IMG/VR virus record: IMGVR_UViG_3300031949_000111
Coordinates: 1 to 36,174 of that record
Length of the DNA stretch: 36,174 nt
Reading direction: 5' to 3' (one strand)
Source: a virus
Taxonomy: Duplodnaviria; Caudoviricetes
Shown here in pieces: positions 9,932 through 18,463 of the stretch. Within the stretch, counting starts at the first letter, position 1. Each line of letters begins with the position of its first letter. Under the pieces are notes generated by a model. It did no database searches, was not told the origin of the DNA, and worked only from the letters and a program-made list of their open reading frames with translations. The translations under genes were made by a program, and so were the position numbers.

Positions 9932-10548
9932 CAGAATTTGTCCCGAGGGATCAGTGCTCCGGTGTCGCGATTGCCCTCACCCGCTTGCCGCGTGAGATTG
10001 ACCCTCCAATCGAACGTATCGCGTGACAGTTCAGGCGCTGCATTCGGAACGAAACGCCGGCGAGAAGGCTTGGGGTTCCTCGGACGATTCTCGACAACCT
10101 CCCAGAAGAACTCGACGTTGCGCTTCCCCGTCAGAAGCAATGCTGGGTCCTGCAGATCCAGCGTCACCCCCATCAGATCATCTTGGGAGTACTTCGAACT
10201 GATCTCTACGATCTTGATTCCGCCCTCTTCTGTGTTTCCCGTAGCCCGAATTATTTCGTTCACGGAAGACATATCGATAACCAACGGAGTCGGCAGGATC
10301 TCACGCCTGCTGATTTCCGTAGCGCCTCCATCTCCCCTTCTGCTTCCGCTCCACGCGACGTGGACCAGAAACACACGATACGGCCGCAGCCCGAAGCTCG
10401 TGTGCAGCTGACGCAGCCGATCGATGATCGGACCCATACGCGCCGTCAACGTGCGCCCGACCTCCTCCGACCGTAGAGGTCTTACCTGTCCACGGCTCTC
10501 GGGGAAGTCATCTTCTGGGCGCGAGGGCGATGAGCGATCGGTCGCCAT
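9931..10548 (-). CDS. Putative head-closure/head-tail joining protein
   Basis: 205 aa in the connector cluster; synteny. Confidence 0.45.
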   Translation of the reverse strand: MATDRSSPSRPEDDFPESRGQVRPLRSEEVGRTLTARMGPIIDRLRQLHTSFGLRPYRVFLVHVAWSGSRRGDGGATEISRREILPTPLVIDMSSVNEIIRATGNTEEGGIKIVEISSKYSQDDLMGVTLDLQDPALLLTGKRNVEFFWEVVENRPRNPKPSRRRFVPNAAPELSRDTFDWRVNLTRQAGEGNRDTGALIPRDKF

Positions 10549-10598
10549 ATCCCCATTCTACGCCACGTTGAGCTGGGCGCGGCTACGCCGCACATAAA

Positions 10599-10988
10599 TC
10601 AAACATCGCCGGCTATCACGTATTCGATATCAGCCGTACCAACGAGCTTGATGGCCGTGATCTCGTCGCCAGAGTTCATCCCGGTCCACAGAAAGAGTCC
10701 CGAGACGTTGAATGCCTGGTTGGTTCCGACTGCCGATGTGATGACCATCTTGATGGTCGATCCATTGGGCGTACGAAGCGCAATGCACTTCACCTTCGTG
10801 ATCGTCTCCAGAGGAATCGTATAGGGCACAGCATCAGTCGCAGCGATGATCCCCGGGCGCGCGCCCTTGGATGATCCGAACGTAGCCATGAAGGAGGTGT
10901 TGAAAATCTCCTGCAGAGTCAGTCCCGACGATGACGCCGAGGGCGACCCGCTCAGAACACCTTGGTGCGAAATGATTGCTGGGACCAT
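10599..10988 (-). CDS. Virion-associated hypothetical protein
   Basis: 129 aa beta-rich protein co-oriented in the connector cluster. Confidence 0.5.
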   Translation of the reverse strand: MVPAIISHQGVLSGSPSASSSGLTLQEIFNTSFMATFGSSKGARPGIIAATDAVPYTIPLETITKVKCIALRTPNGSTIKMVITSAVGTNQAFNVSGLFLWTGMNSGDEITAIKLVGTADIEYVIAGDV

Positions 10989-10991
10989 TGT

Positions 10992-11396
10992 CTAGCTCCT
11001 GGGAATGTTTCCGGCTCCACCCATGCCGATGCTTTTGAATTTTGAACTATAGGCATAGAGGGGCACGCCCAAAGTGTCGGCCAGACGATTCGCCCACATG
11101 ACATAGGCTGACTGCAGCCTCTCGATTTCATCCGCTCGCAACGTCAGACTGCCCAAACGCTCAGCCGCCAGTCTGATTTGCGCATCGAAGATCTGGTTCT
11201 CCGTTTCATCAAGGCGTGCGATCAGATCACGAACGATTCCGATCGCGTCTTCGATGACCAGCCCCATCGCATCTTCCAAAATGAAGATCGTCTGGATGGG
11301 ACGCGGCAATCCCCATGAGGCGCTTCCCGCAAATGAAGCGTTGAGATAACCCAAGTGATATCGGCACCTTGTCCTCTCCGCTGCCGTCAGTGCCAT
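10992..11396 (-). CDS. Putative head-tail adaptor
   Basis: 134 aa helical protein (MALTAAERTRCRYHLGY) downstream of capsid; synteny. Confidence 0.55.
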   Translation of the reverse strand: MALTAAERTRCRYHLGYLNASFAGSASWGLPRPIQTIFILEDAMGLVIEDAIGIVRDLIARLDETENQIFDAQIRLAAERLGSLTLRADEIERLQSAYVMWANRLADTLGVPLYAYSSKFKSIGMGGAGNIPRS

Positions 11397-11399
11397 CGC

Positions 11400-11549
11400 T
11401 TAAACGCGCCCCGTAATGCGTTTCCACTTCCGCCATTCATCTGGCGTTCTGTGGCGCTTGCTGGAGTTGCATGACTTACACGCCGGCACAACATTTTCTG
11501 GCTCGTGTCGCCCGCCGCGCGACACCGGGATGACGTGATCGATTGCCAC
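11400..11549 (-). pseudogene. Truncated or minimal HNH endonuclease
   Basis: Not in the ORF track. VAIDHVIPVSRGGRHEPENVVPACKSCNSSKRHRTPDEWRKWKRITGRV* has the DH-x-IP...GG...N...C-x-x-CN-x-x-K HNH core but lacks the N-terminal CxxC. Confidence 0.75.
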
Positions 11550-11572
11550 TGCCTTACCTGGTTCTTTTTCAG

Positions 11573-11881
11573 CTACTCGATCAGCTCCAGTTCCACTCCC
11601 TGTGCGCGCAAGCTGGCGATGCCTTCGGGTCCATACCCGGCTTCCTCGATGATGCAGCCTATCTGAATGTGGGTCATGGCTCCGCCGCTCAGTGAGACCG
11701 TTCGCTTGTTCTTGGCGACATAGCGCGGTCGCTTCGCCACCGGTGGCGGCGCAGCTTTGGCCGTGGCAGCCGACGGCTTGGCCGACTCCGCCTCGGGAGC
11801 GGTTTCCTTTGGCTTCTCTGGCACCGGTGTCGTCTCTTCAGCGCCGAGTCGCGTGGATTCCTCTTCGTGCTTACGTGCCAT
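11573..11881 (-). CDS. Hypothetical protein downstream of major capsid
   Basis: 102 aa, AGGAG RBS, Pro/Glu/Ala-rich N-terminus. Confidence 0.7.
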   Translation of the reverse strand: MARKHEEESTRLGAEETTPVPEKPKETAPEAESAKPSAATAKAAPPPVAKRPRYVAKNKRTVSLSGGAMTHIQIGCIIEEAGYGPEGIASLRAQGVELELIE

Positions 11882-11904
11882 TGGAGTCTCCTATTCGGGA
11901 AAGA

Positions 11905-11943
11905 TTGCCCTCGGCGGTTTTTGTTTCACCACACCGAGGGCAA
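11905..11943. other. Intergenic inverted repeat/hairpin
   Basis: TTGCCCTCGG (11905-11914) / CCGAGGGCAA (11934-11943), perfect 10-bp arms. Confidence 0.5.
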
Positions 11944-11968
11944 CGTTTTTGTCAGTCGCCTGTAAGCA

Positions 11969-12005
11969 CAAACCAAAAACAGCGTAACCCGTCGTTTTTA
12001 CGCTG
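11969..12005 (-). terminator. Rho-independent terminator after major capsid gene
   Basis: Minus strand: CAGCGTAA-loop-TTACGCTG followed by TTTTTGGTTT, just after the capsid stop. Confidence 0.7.
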
Positions 12006-12012
12006 CTTTTTC

Positions 12013-13410
12013 TTACGCAGACCCGTGCTCGATTGCGATGAGCCGCTTGAACCGCGACACGTCTCCGCTGGTCACGTCGGTCCGCACCGGCCAGTCACCG
12101 ATGAACTTCCAGCTCGTGGCGACCTTGTCCTGGAGCCGGTTGAGCGGCGCCCGGATGATGAGATGGATGCGGTCCGTGTTGACCTCGATGCCGTTGTTCG
12201 TGATGCTGGCGGCGCCGATCTTGCCGACGACGCCGGCCTCGGTGATGAGCTGGCTGAGATCCTGGTAGTACTCCAGGACGCCGCCATGACCCACAAGGAG
12301 AGGCCTGTGGATCTGGACACCGGTGGTCAGACCGGTGTTGAACAGCTCGCCCGCGAACGGGTCATCCTGCGTGAACACCGCCGTTTCGCCGTCTTCGACC
12401 GTGGAGATCTGCGGGCACTCCGTGTTCCGGAAGAACACGTTGCCGAGCAGCTCTCCGATGGCGAAGTCCCGGTACATGTAGTAGTCCGGGAGCGACGTGA
12501 GCAGACGACCGAACTCCGCGTCCGCGTAGATCTGCGTCTCGGAGACGGGATCCAAGTGGAAGTGGTATCGTCCATCCGGCATCGGCGGCACGCTGTTCTG
12601 GCGCGCGTGCGCCACGACGGTGCGGATGTCCGCGAGTGTCAGAACATCGGCCGCACCGACATCATCGACCCGGTTTCCGCCGCCCACCCGATGGATGAAG
12701 CTGCGATCGCTTGCGATCACGAGATCGCGATCAGTCACGGCAATGGCCGCGCTGAGCGTGATCGTGCCAGGACCGACTTCGTCACCCGCCGTGTCGGGGG
12801 TGAATCCCACGATGTTGCGCAGGGTGGTCAGAGCCGTGATGCTCACGCTCAGCGGGTTCGACGTCGTCACCGTGTCGAACTTGACCGGGCTGCCAGCGGC
12901 CAGATCCGGACGGCGCGCGCGCGTGAGGCCATTCAAGCGCTTCACCCGGATCGTCACGCTTGATGCCTGCGTCCCATCGGCCACCGTCTGGCCCGACAGA
13001 GCGGCGTTGTACATCCTGTTGCGCGGGAGACGGTTCAACGTCTGACCGGCCGAAAGACCCATCTGCTGGGAGTTCCGGTAGAACAGCGACGCGATCGCCA
13101 CGATGCTGGACGGCATGTGCGAATCGATCGAGTCAGCGTACTGCTGCAGCTGCGCAGACCACTGCTCCTTGGTGTAGTCGCTCGGAATCGGGTCGTCTCC
13201 CGGCATGAGCGGCCGCAGCTTGGGACGAATCAGTCCCACGCCCGTGAACACCATCGAGTCACCGACGTTGGCCGGCCACAAGACGGGGCTCGCCTCACCG
13301 CGGAACAAGAGCCGCGGGAATAGAGCGTCGTGGAAGGCACGCTCCAGGATGTTCTCCTGGACCAGTGCCCGAATGTCAGGAGCCTGGAGTATGGTTGAAA
13401 AGTCGGGCAT
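12013..13410 (-). CDS. Major capsid protein
   Basis: 465 aa after scaffold; followed by a terminator; features such as QWSAQLQQYADSID and YHFHLDPVSETQI consistent with an HK97 fold. Confidence 0.85.
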   Translation of the reverse strand: MPDFSTILQAPDIRALVQENILERAFHDALFPRLLFRGEASPVLWPANVGDSMVFTGVGLIRPKLRPLMPGDDPIPSDYTKEQWSAQLQQYADSIDSHMPSSIVAIASLFYRNSQQMGLSAGQTLNRLPRNRMYNAALSGQTVADGTQASSVTIRVKRLNGLTRARRPDLAAGSPVKFDTVTTSNPLSVSITALTTLRNIVGFTPDTAGDEVGPGTITLSAAIAVTDRDLVIASDRSFIHRVGGGNRVDDVGAADVLTLADIRTVVAHARQNSVPPMPDGRYHFHLDPVSETQIYADAEFGRLLTSLPDYYMYRDFAIGELLGNVFFRNTECPQISTVEDGETAVFTQDDPFAGELFNTGLTTGVQIHRPLLVGHGGVLEYYQDLSQLITEAGVVGKIGAASITNNGIEVNTDRIHLIIRAPLNRLQDKVATSWKFIGDWPVRTDVTSGDVSRFKRLIAIEHGSA

Positions 13411-13480
13411 TTTTCATTGTCCTTTCGCGGGCCTGTTATGGTCTTGAACTGAATCGCGAAGGTGCCAGACCAGAATAACG

Positions 13481-14323
13481 CTAATCCACTGGCCCGTGTG
13501 GATTGATTCCACGAGCCGTCAGATGGGCGTTGAACTCCGCCTGGTTCATCTTCTTGACATCAACCTGACCGCCGGCAGCGACAGACGCACTGACCGCGTT
13601 CGGTGACGGCTTGGGAGGACTCCCAGTGCCTGTCCCCGTAGTGGCCGGTACGACCGTTTCTCCGAACAGGTACGTGTGCGACTCCCGCAGTTTGTCGAAG
13701 AAAGCCGCCTCATCAAAGCTTTTCAGCTCCTCTTGAGACTTTCCTTCGCAGTGCCTCGTCAGAAGATGGACTGCGTAATCGACGTCACGAATGCCCTTCG
13801 AATTCGCGATCTTTTCCAAAGCAGTTCGCGCTTCCAAGGCGTCGAGCTTGCGTTGGGATTCGCGACTCTTCCTCTCCGCAGCTTTTGCGGCTTCGTTCGC
13901 CGTCGCGAGCTGTTGCTCGTGACGCTTCACGTCCCGCTCCCATTGCCGCAGAATTTTCGGGTCCTGCGTTTCTGGTTTCTGTGGTTTGGTTGGTTCATTC
14001 GGTGTCGTCGTGGTCGCTGGAGTCACCGGCTCAGCAGTGGTTGCTGCGGGCTTGGATGCGTGCGCGAACATCGCGTCCACGGAAGCAAAGCCTGCCTCAA
14101 TCGCCTTCTGATTCAGTTCCTCCTGCGCCTCCCTCTTCCCCTTATCGCGCTCTTCACGCTTGATATTGGTCATTGCCGCACTCGGGATGATGATGTTCTT
14201 CCCGTTTGAGGATGACGCCGCTGCCGTAGCAGCAGGGGTTCCATCTACTGGCTCGGTGCTTGCCGCTGATGCCGCAGGTACCTGGCCGTTTGGTGGTTCG
14301 GTTGTTGTTGTCTCCGGGTCCAT
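13481..14323 (-). CDS. Capsid scaffolding protein
   Basis: 280 aa low-complexity and coiled-coil; ends ...SHTYLFGE...TTGTGTG...KKMNQAEFNAHL, a typical scaffold C-terminus; directly upstream of capsid. Confidence 0.75.
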   Translation of the reverse strand: MDPETTTTEPPNGQVPAASAASTEPVDGTPAATAAASSSNGKNIIIPSAAMTNIKREERDKGKREAQEELNQKAIEAGFASVDAMFAHASKPAATTAEPVTPATTTTPNEPTKPQKPETQDPKILRQWERDVKRHEQQLATANEAAKAAERKSRESQRKLDALEARTALEKIANSKGIRDVDYAVHLLTRHCEGKSQEELKSFDEAAFFDKLRESHTYLFGETVVPATTGTGTGSPPKPSPNAVSASVAAGGQVDVKKMNQAEFNAHLTARGINPHGPVD

Positions 14324-14496
14324 TGATTCGCTCCTTTCGAGCGAGTCCCTGAGAGTCTCCGTCCGGTTAAACCGACTGTGTCGCCGTCGTCATCGCGAGA
14401 TGACAAAGCCCAAAGTCGACTTGCCGAAGTATCGAATCGTCAGGACCCTATGTCTCTCGCTTTCCTTTCAAGACTCCCGGACCATTCCGGGAACGC

Positions 14497-14916
14497 CTAG
14501 GTCCGCGTGAACGCCCCCGTTGGATCCGTTTCCGCACGAGGGATGTACTCGATCACGAATGCCGTGACCGACTGGTCGAACGTGATGGTGGCACCATCGT
14601 CCGACAAGGTTGCGACTCCGTGACCGTTCGTCGCGTTCGGCGGCGATGCCGTCCCGCTGACGTCGGTGATGAGCCGTGGGCCGTTGGTGGCGAGCCCGGC
14701 CGTCACGCGCAAGGTCGTGACGGACAAGATCTTCGGCAGATTGCCGTGCGCATCATCCGTGATGTCGTGCGCGGCGCCGGAGGCCAGACCAGTGAAGACG
14801 GCCTTGAGCGGCGTGACCATCGTGCCCAGTGCGATCTGGCGAATCGCATCTGGCAATGTGTTTGGGTCAGCCTTGTCCAGCTCACCCTGGAGCGTTGGGG
14901 TTGCGGTCGTTGTCAT
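14497..14916 (-). CDS. Putative head decoration/virion protein
   Basis: 139 aa Thr/Ala-rich beta protein with AGGAG RBS in head cluster. Confidence 0.5.
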   Translation of the reverse strand: MTTTATPTLQGELDKADPNTLPDAIRQIALGTMVTPLKAVFTGLASGAAHDITDDAHGNLPKILSVTTLRVTAGLATNGPRLITDVSGTASPPNATNGHGVATLSDDGATITFDQSVTAFVIEYIPRAETDPTGAFTRT

Positions 14917-14957
14917 GCGATTCTCCTAATCCGAAGTGTGGTTTTGAACTTTGAACT

Positions 14958-15122
14958 TCAGCGCTGGCCAGGAGCTAAGGGCCCCATCTTGAACGGAGAA
15001 GGATCGGGCGCCTTCGGCATCTGTGATGTCGGAAGAAGAGGAGTTCCCTCCTTGGCTGGATCCGGCTCCTTGTAGACACCGTGCTGCTTGTCGTACTCCT
15101 GAACTTTGGTCTCTTCGCCCAT
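14958..15122 (-). CDS. Microprotein 3 of HGxYK...PFxxG family (54 aa)
   Basis: GGAGGAGG RBS; YDKQHGVYKE...PSPFKMG. Confidence 0.7.
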   Translation of the reverse strand: MGEETKVQEYDKQHGVYKEPDPAKEGTPLLPTSQMPKAPDPSPFKMGPLAPGQR

Positions 15123-15123
15123 G

Positions 15124-15303
15124 TTACTTGCCTCCTCCAACAGAGAACGGCGCTGAAATCTGATCGTTCGGTGTACCGGCGTTCACTGCCGGCGGCTGAT
15201 CCTTGTACGTCCCGTGGTCACGATCATAGACCCTCTCCACATCGTGAGTGGCCTGGTCCTGACCGACCTGCTTCGCTGAATCTTGGTTGGACACGTCAGG
15301 CAT
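15124..15303 (-). CDS. Microprotein 2 of HGxYK...PFxxG family (59 aa)
   Basis: AAGGAGGAG RBS; YDRDHGTYKD...SAPFSVGG. Confidence 0.7.
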   Translation of the reverse strand: MPDVSNQDSAKQVGQDQATHDVERVYDRDHGTYKDQPPAVNAGTPNDQISAPFSVGGGK

Positions 15304-15314
15304 CGTACTCCTCC

Positions 15315-15536
15315 TTACTCGCCAGTTCCACCTACTTTGAACGGCGCCGATTGCACGGGAACAGGCCCCTTCATTGGCCTGGCCGCATCCGAAGAATCCT
15401 TGTAGTGACCGTGATTCGTTCCCGGCATTCCGCATTGACTGCAAAACTCGACTCCACCTTCGAACCCTGCGGGAGCTGTTCCAATCGCGAGCGCCTGCGT
15501 GCGCGAGGTACGTGTTCCTGGTCCCTTGTGCGGCAT
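15315..15536 (-). CDS. Microprotein 1 of HGxYK...PFxxG family (73 aa)
   Basis: AGGAG RBS; CSQC then NHGHYKD...SAPFKVGG. Confidence 0.7.
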   Translation of the reverse strand: MPHKGPGTRTSRTQALAIGTAPAGFEGGVEFCSQCGMPGTNHGHYKDSSDAARPMKGPVPVQSAPFKVGGTGE

Positions 15537-15538
15537 CG

Positions 15539-15763
15539 CTATCTCCTGCTCCCGCTCACCACGAGCGCATGATCGTCCTTCGGCCATCCAACGGGATGGG
15601 CCGGCAACGTCTGGTCCTTGATCTTGATCACCGGATTTTTTTCTGCCGTAGACCGGGCGGAAGGAGCGGACAAGGGAAGCGGGCGCTCGCTCTCGCCTCC
15701 AGATGGATCCGCCATCTTGGCATCCTCGTCCTCAAGGTCTGTCTGCCGACTACCGTAAGCCAT
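15539..15763 (-). CDS. Hypothetical head-region protein (74 aa)
   Basis: ATG overlaps the upstream TGA (TGATG); MAYGSRQTDLEDED... Confidence 0.55.
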   Translation of the reverse strand: MAYGSRQTDLEDEDAKMADPSGGESERPLPLSAPSARSTAEKNPVIKIKDQTLPAHPVGWPKDDHALVVSGSRR

Positions 15764-16113
15764 CAGATGAGTTCCCCTCCCATAGCCTTGTAGGCCGCCG
15801 CAACCACAGCCCACGGTTCGTCGTAATCGTCCCACTTGGCCTTCACGGCCTTGACCGCGCGTGCCCAAATGGTTTCGTCGGCCCATGCCGGCGCAACTCC
15901 GGTGTCGTCTGGATCAAAGTCCTTCACGAGACCGATGATTTCGTCGGTCTCCTTGTGGATCTTCACGTGATCTGCGCTCTTGAGGACGATCGCGTCATCG
16001 GACTCTTGAGGAGTTACGACGGTATCTTCGTCGTCAGGATCTTTCTGCATCCCGAACGAGCCACGCGCTCTGTTCTCTTTGACCAAAGCGCTGAGCTTTT
16101 GCGGGTCCACCAT
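15763..16113 (-). CDS. Hypothetical protein with ChaB-like C-terminal helices
   Basis: Likely start MVDPQKL at 16113; PAWADETIWARAVKAV...PWAVVAAAYKAMGG resembles ChaB-like phage domains. Confidence 0.55.
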   Translation of the reverse strand: MVDPQKLSALVKENRARGSFGMQKDPDDEDTVVTPQESDDAIVLKSADHVKIHKETDEIIGLVKDFDPDDTGVAPAWADETIWARAVKAVKAKWDDYDEPWAVVAAAYKAMGGELI

Positions 16114-16150
16114 GGATCCCCCCAATAGTACGCAGGCGCCCAATACTAAG

Positions 16151-17074
16151 TCAAACGCGCTGACGTCTACCGTCTCGCCAGATCCAAGCCGGTACTCCCC
16201 AATCTTTTCTCCATGGAGACAGGACTGAACGATCATTAGGCCGATTCGGAGGGTTCTCCCATGTCTTCCCCACGAGAGAATCGGGAACGACCTCACCATC
16301 TGCAGTCGCCGGTGGCATTGTGAACACCCCGCCGGGTTCAACTACCTGGCCGTGCATGGCGATTGAATCGACACCGACTCGGCTATCGAGCGGAGTTCCG
16401 TCGTCAGATACGTGCTCCACCCATCTCATCATCAAGTCGGGAATGACTTCTGCCGATACCTTCATGCCGTCGGCTGCGGTGGAATTGTAGGCGTACGCTG
16501 TTTCTGTACGAGCAATCCGGGCCGCCTGCCACCATTCGACATCCGCGACTTTCTGAATCCTGTCGATCGCGTCGATAACCGTCTCGCCGCTGGCCAGTGA
16601 GGTCGACATTGCCGACTCCATTTCTTCAACGAGGCGCCCCCCATAGCCGGCCATGCTCGTTCGATTCATGCGCATCAGCGACCTACGTCTGTCACCGATG
16701 ATCCCTTGAAACACTGCCGCTTCCTCAATCGGAAGTACGACACTCGATCCCGTGTAGTGGCGTTCGAGTCGATCCAGATCTTTCACTAACCCATGAAGCG
16801 CTTCGCCTTGGGCTTCCTTGGAGATATCGTTCATCTCGCCCACCAACCGGCCAGCAAGAATCGCCTGGCCTTGCCTGACCTGCGCGAGCATCACTTGGTG
16901 AGCGTGCGCCGTGAACGTGCTGCGCATTCCGATCGGCAGACGTCCCAGCTTGTTGACCAGCTCCTCTTGGGCACGGTTGTAGATCGGCTTGAGCTTCTCG
17001 ACTCCTCGACGTTCGGCTACTCGAATGAGCCTGCGCCGGTGGGTCTCAAGAACCTGCTTGTAGGCCGAAGGCAC
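16151..17074 (-). CDS. Head morphogenesis protein (MuF / SPP1 gp7-like)
   Basis: AARIARTETAYAYN, MHGQVV and PPNRPNDRS (variant of PPxHPNCRC). Confidence 0.85.
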   Translation of the reverse strand: MPSAYKQVLETHRRRLIRVAERRGVEKLKPIYNRAQEELVNKLGRLPIGMRSTFTAHAHQVMLAQVRQGQAILAGRLVGEMNDISKEAQGEALHGLVKDLDRLERHYTGSSVVLPIEEAAVFQGIIGDRRRSLMRMNRTSMAGYGGRLVEEMESAMSTSLASGETVIDAIDRIQKVADVEWWQAARIARTETAYAYNSTAADGMKVSAEVIPDLMMRWVEHVSDDGTPLDSRVGVDSIAMHGQVVEPGGVFTMPPATADGEVVPDSLVGKTWENPPNRPNDRSVLSPWRKDWGVPAWIWRDGRRQRV

Positions 17075-17077
17075 GGT

Positions 17078-17827
<750 letters not shown>

Positions 17828-17846
17828 TCTGTTCTTCCTTCCCTAA

Positions 17847-18083
17847 CTATACCTTGGGCGCTTTGTAGACTCCGACGTTTGTTCCCAGCTTGATGTACGT
17901 GTTGTGGTATTCAGCCCCGTGTCCTTGGGCTGAGCCAAGGGTCGCAGCTACCTGAACGAAGTCCCCCGTCGCGCCCTCTGACGTCAATTTCCTCAGTGGG
18001 TGATCAAACTGTGACCGTTCCGCAGGAAGCTCTTGCTCTTTCAGGACTGCACACCGACCGATGAAGTCGATGAAGAGATACAT
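17847..18083 (-). CDS. Hypothetical protein
   Basis: 78 aa, TGATG coupling with upstream gene. Confidence 0.6.
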   Translation of the reverse strand: MYLFIDFIGRCAVLKEQELPAERSQFDHPLRKLTSEGATGDFVQVAATLGSAQGHGAEYHNTYIKLGTNVGVYKAPKV

Positions 18084-18271
18084 CAGATTCCCCCCAACAT
18101 TTTGAGGATCTCTGCGGCTTCGTTTTTGATCATGTCGGGTTCGATGCCACTAGCGACAATCAGGCCACCGATGGCCGAGGCAGCCTCCTGCTTCGTGACC
18201 GTGCCGCGCTTGACCCCGAGTGCGAGCGACCGGCTAGCCTTCATGAACTCGTCAACGATAGGGTTCGTCAT
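18083..18271 (-). CDS. Hypothetical protein
   Basis: 62 aa in tightly packed operon. Confidence 0.6.
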   Translation of the reverse strand: MTNPIVDEFMKASRSLALGVKRGTVTKQEAASAIGGLIVASGIEPDMIKNEAAEILKMLGGI

Positions 18272-18274
18272 GTT

Positions 18275-18463
18275 CTATGCCTTGGGCGTTTCATCGGGTT
18301 CTTCTCGATATCTCGGTTCGTCGAAGTGGCCAGACTGCCAGTGTTCGCGTACTTGCTCGCACGTCTGCAAGATGCTGCCGCAGGAGCATCCGACGTATCC
18401 ACCGAAGTGTTTCCGTTGAAATTCTTCCCACGGTTCCCGATCCATACCGACGAAGATCCTCAT
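18275..18463 (-). CDS. Small Cys/His putative zinc-binding protein
   Basis: GCSCG...EHWQSGHFD; ATGA overlap with upstream gene. Confidence 0.6.
   Translation of the reverse strand: MRIFVGMDREPWEEFQRKHFGGYVGCSCGSILQTCEQVREHWQSGHFDEPRYREEPDETPKA

Noticed and set aside
255-13447. Long plus-strand ORFs (e.g. 701-1882, 8562-9740, 11692-12963)
   Set aside because: Antisense shadows of GC-rich structural genes with no recognisable motifs or RBS.
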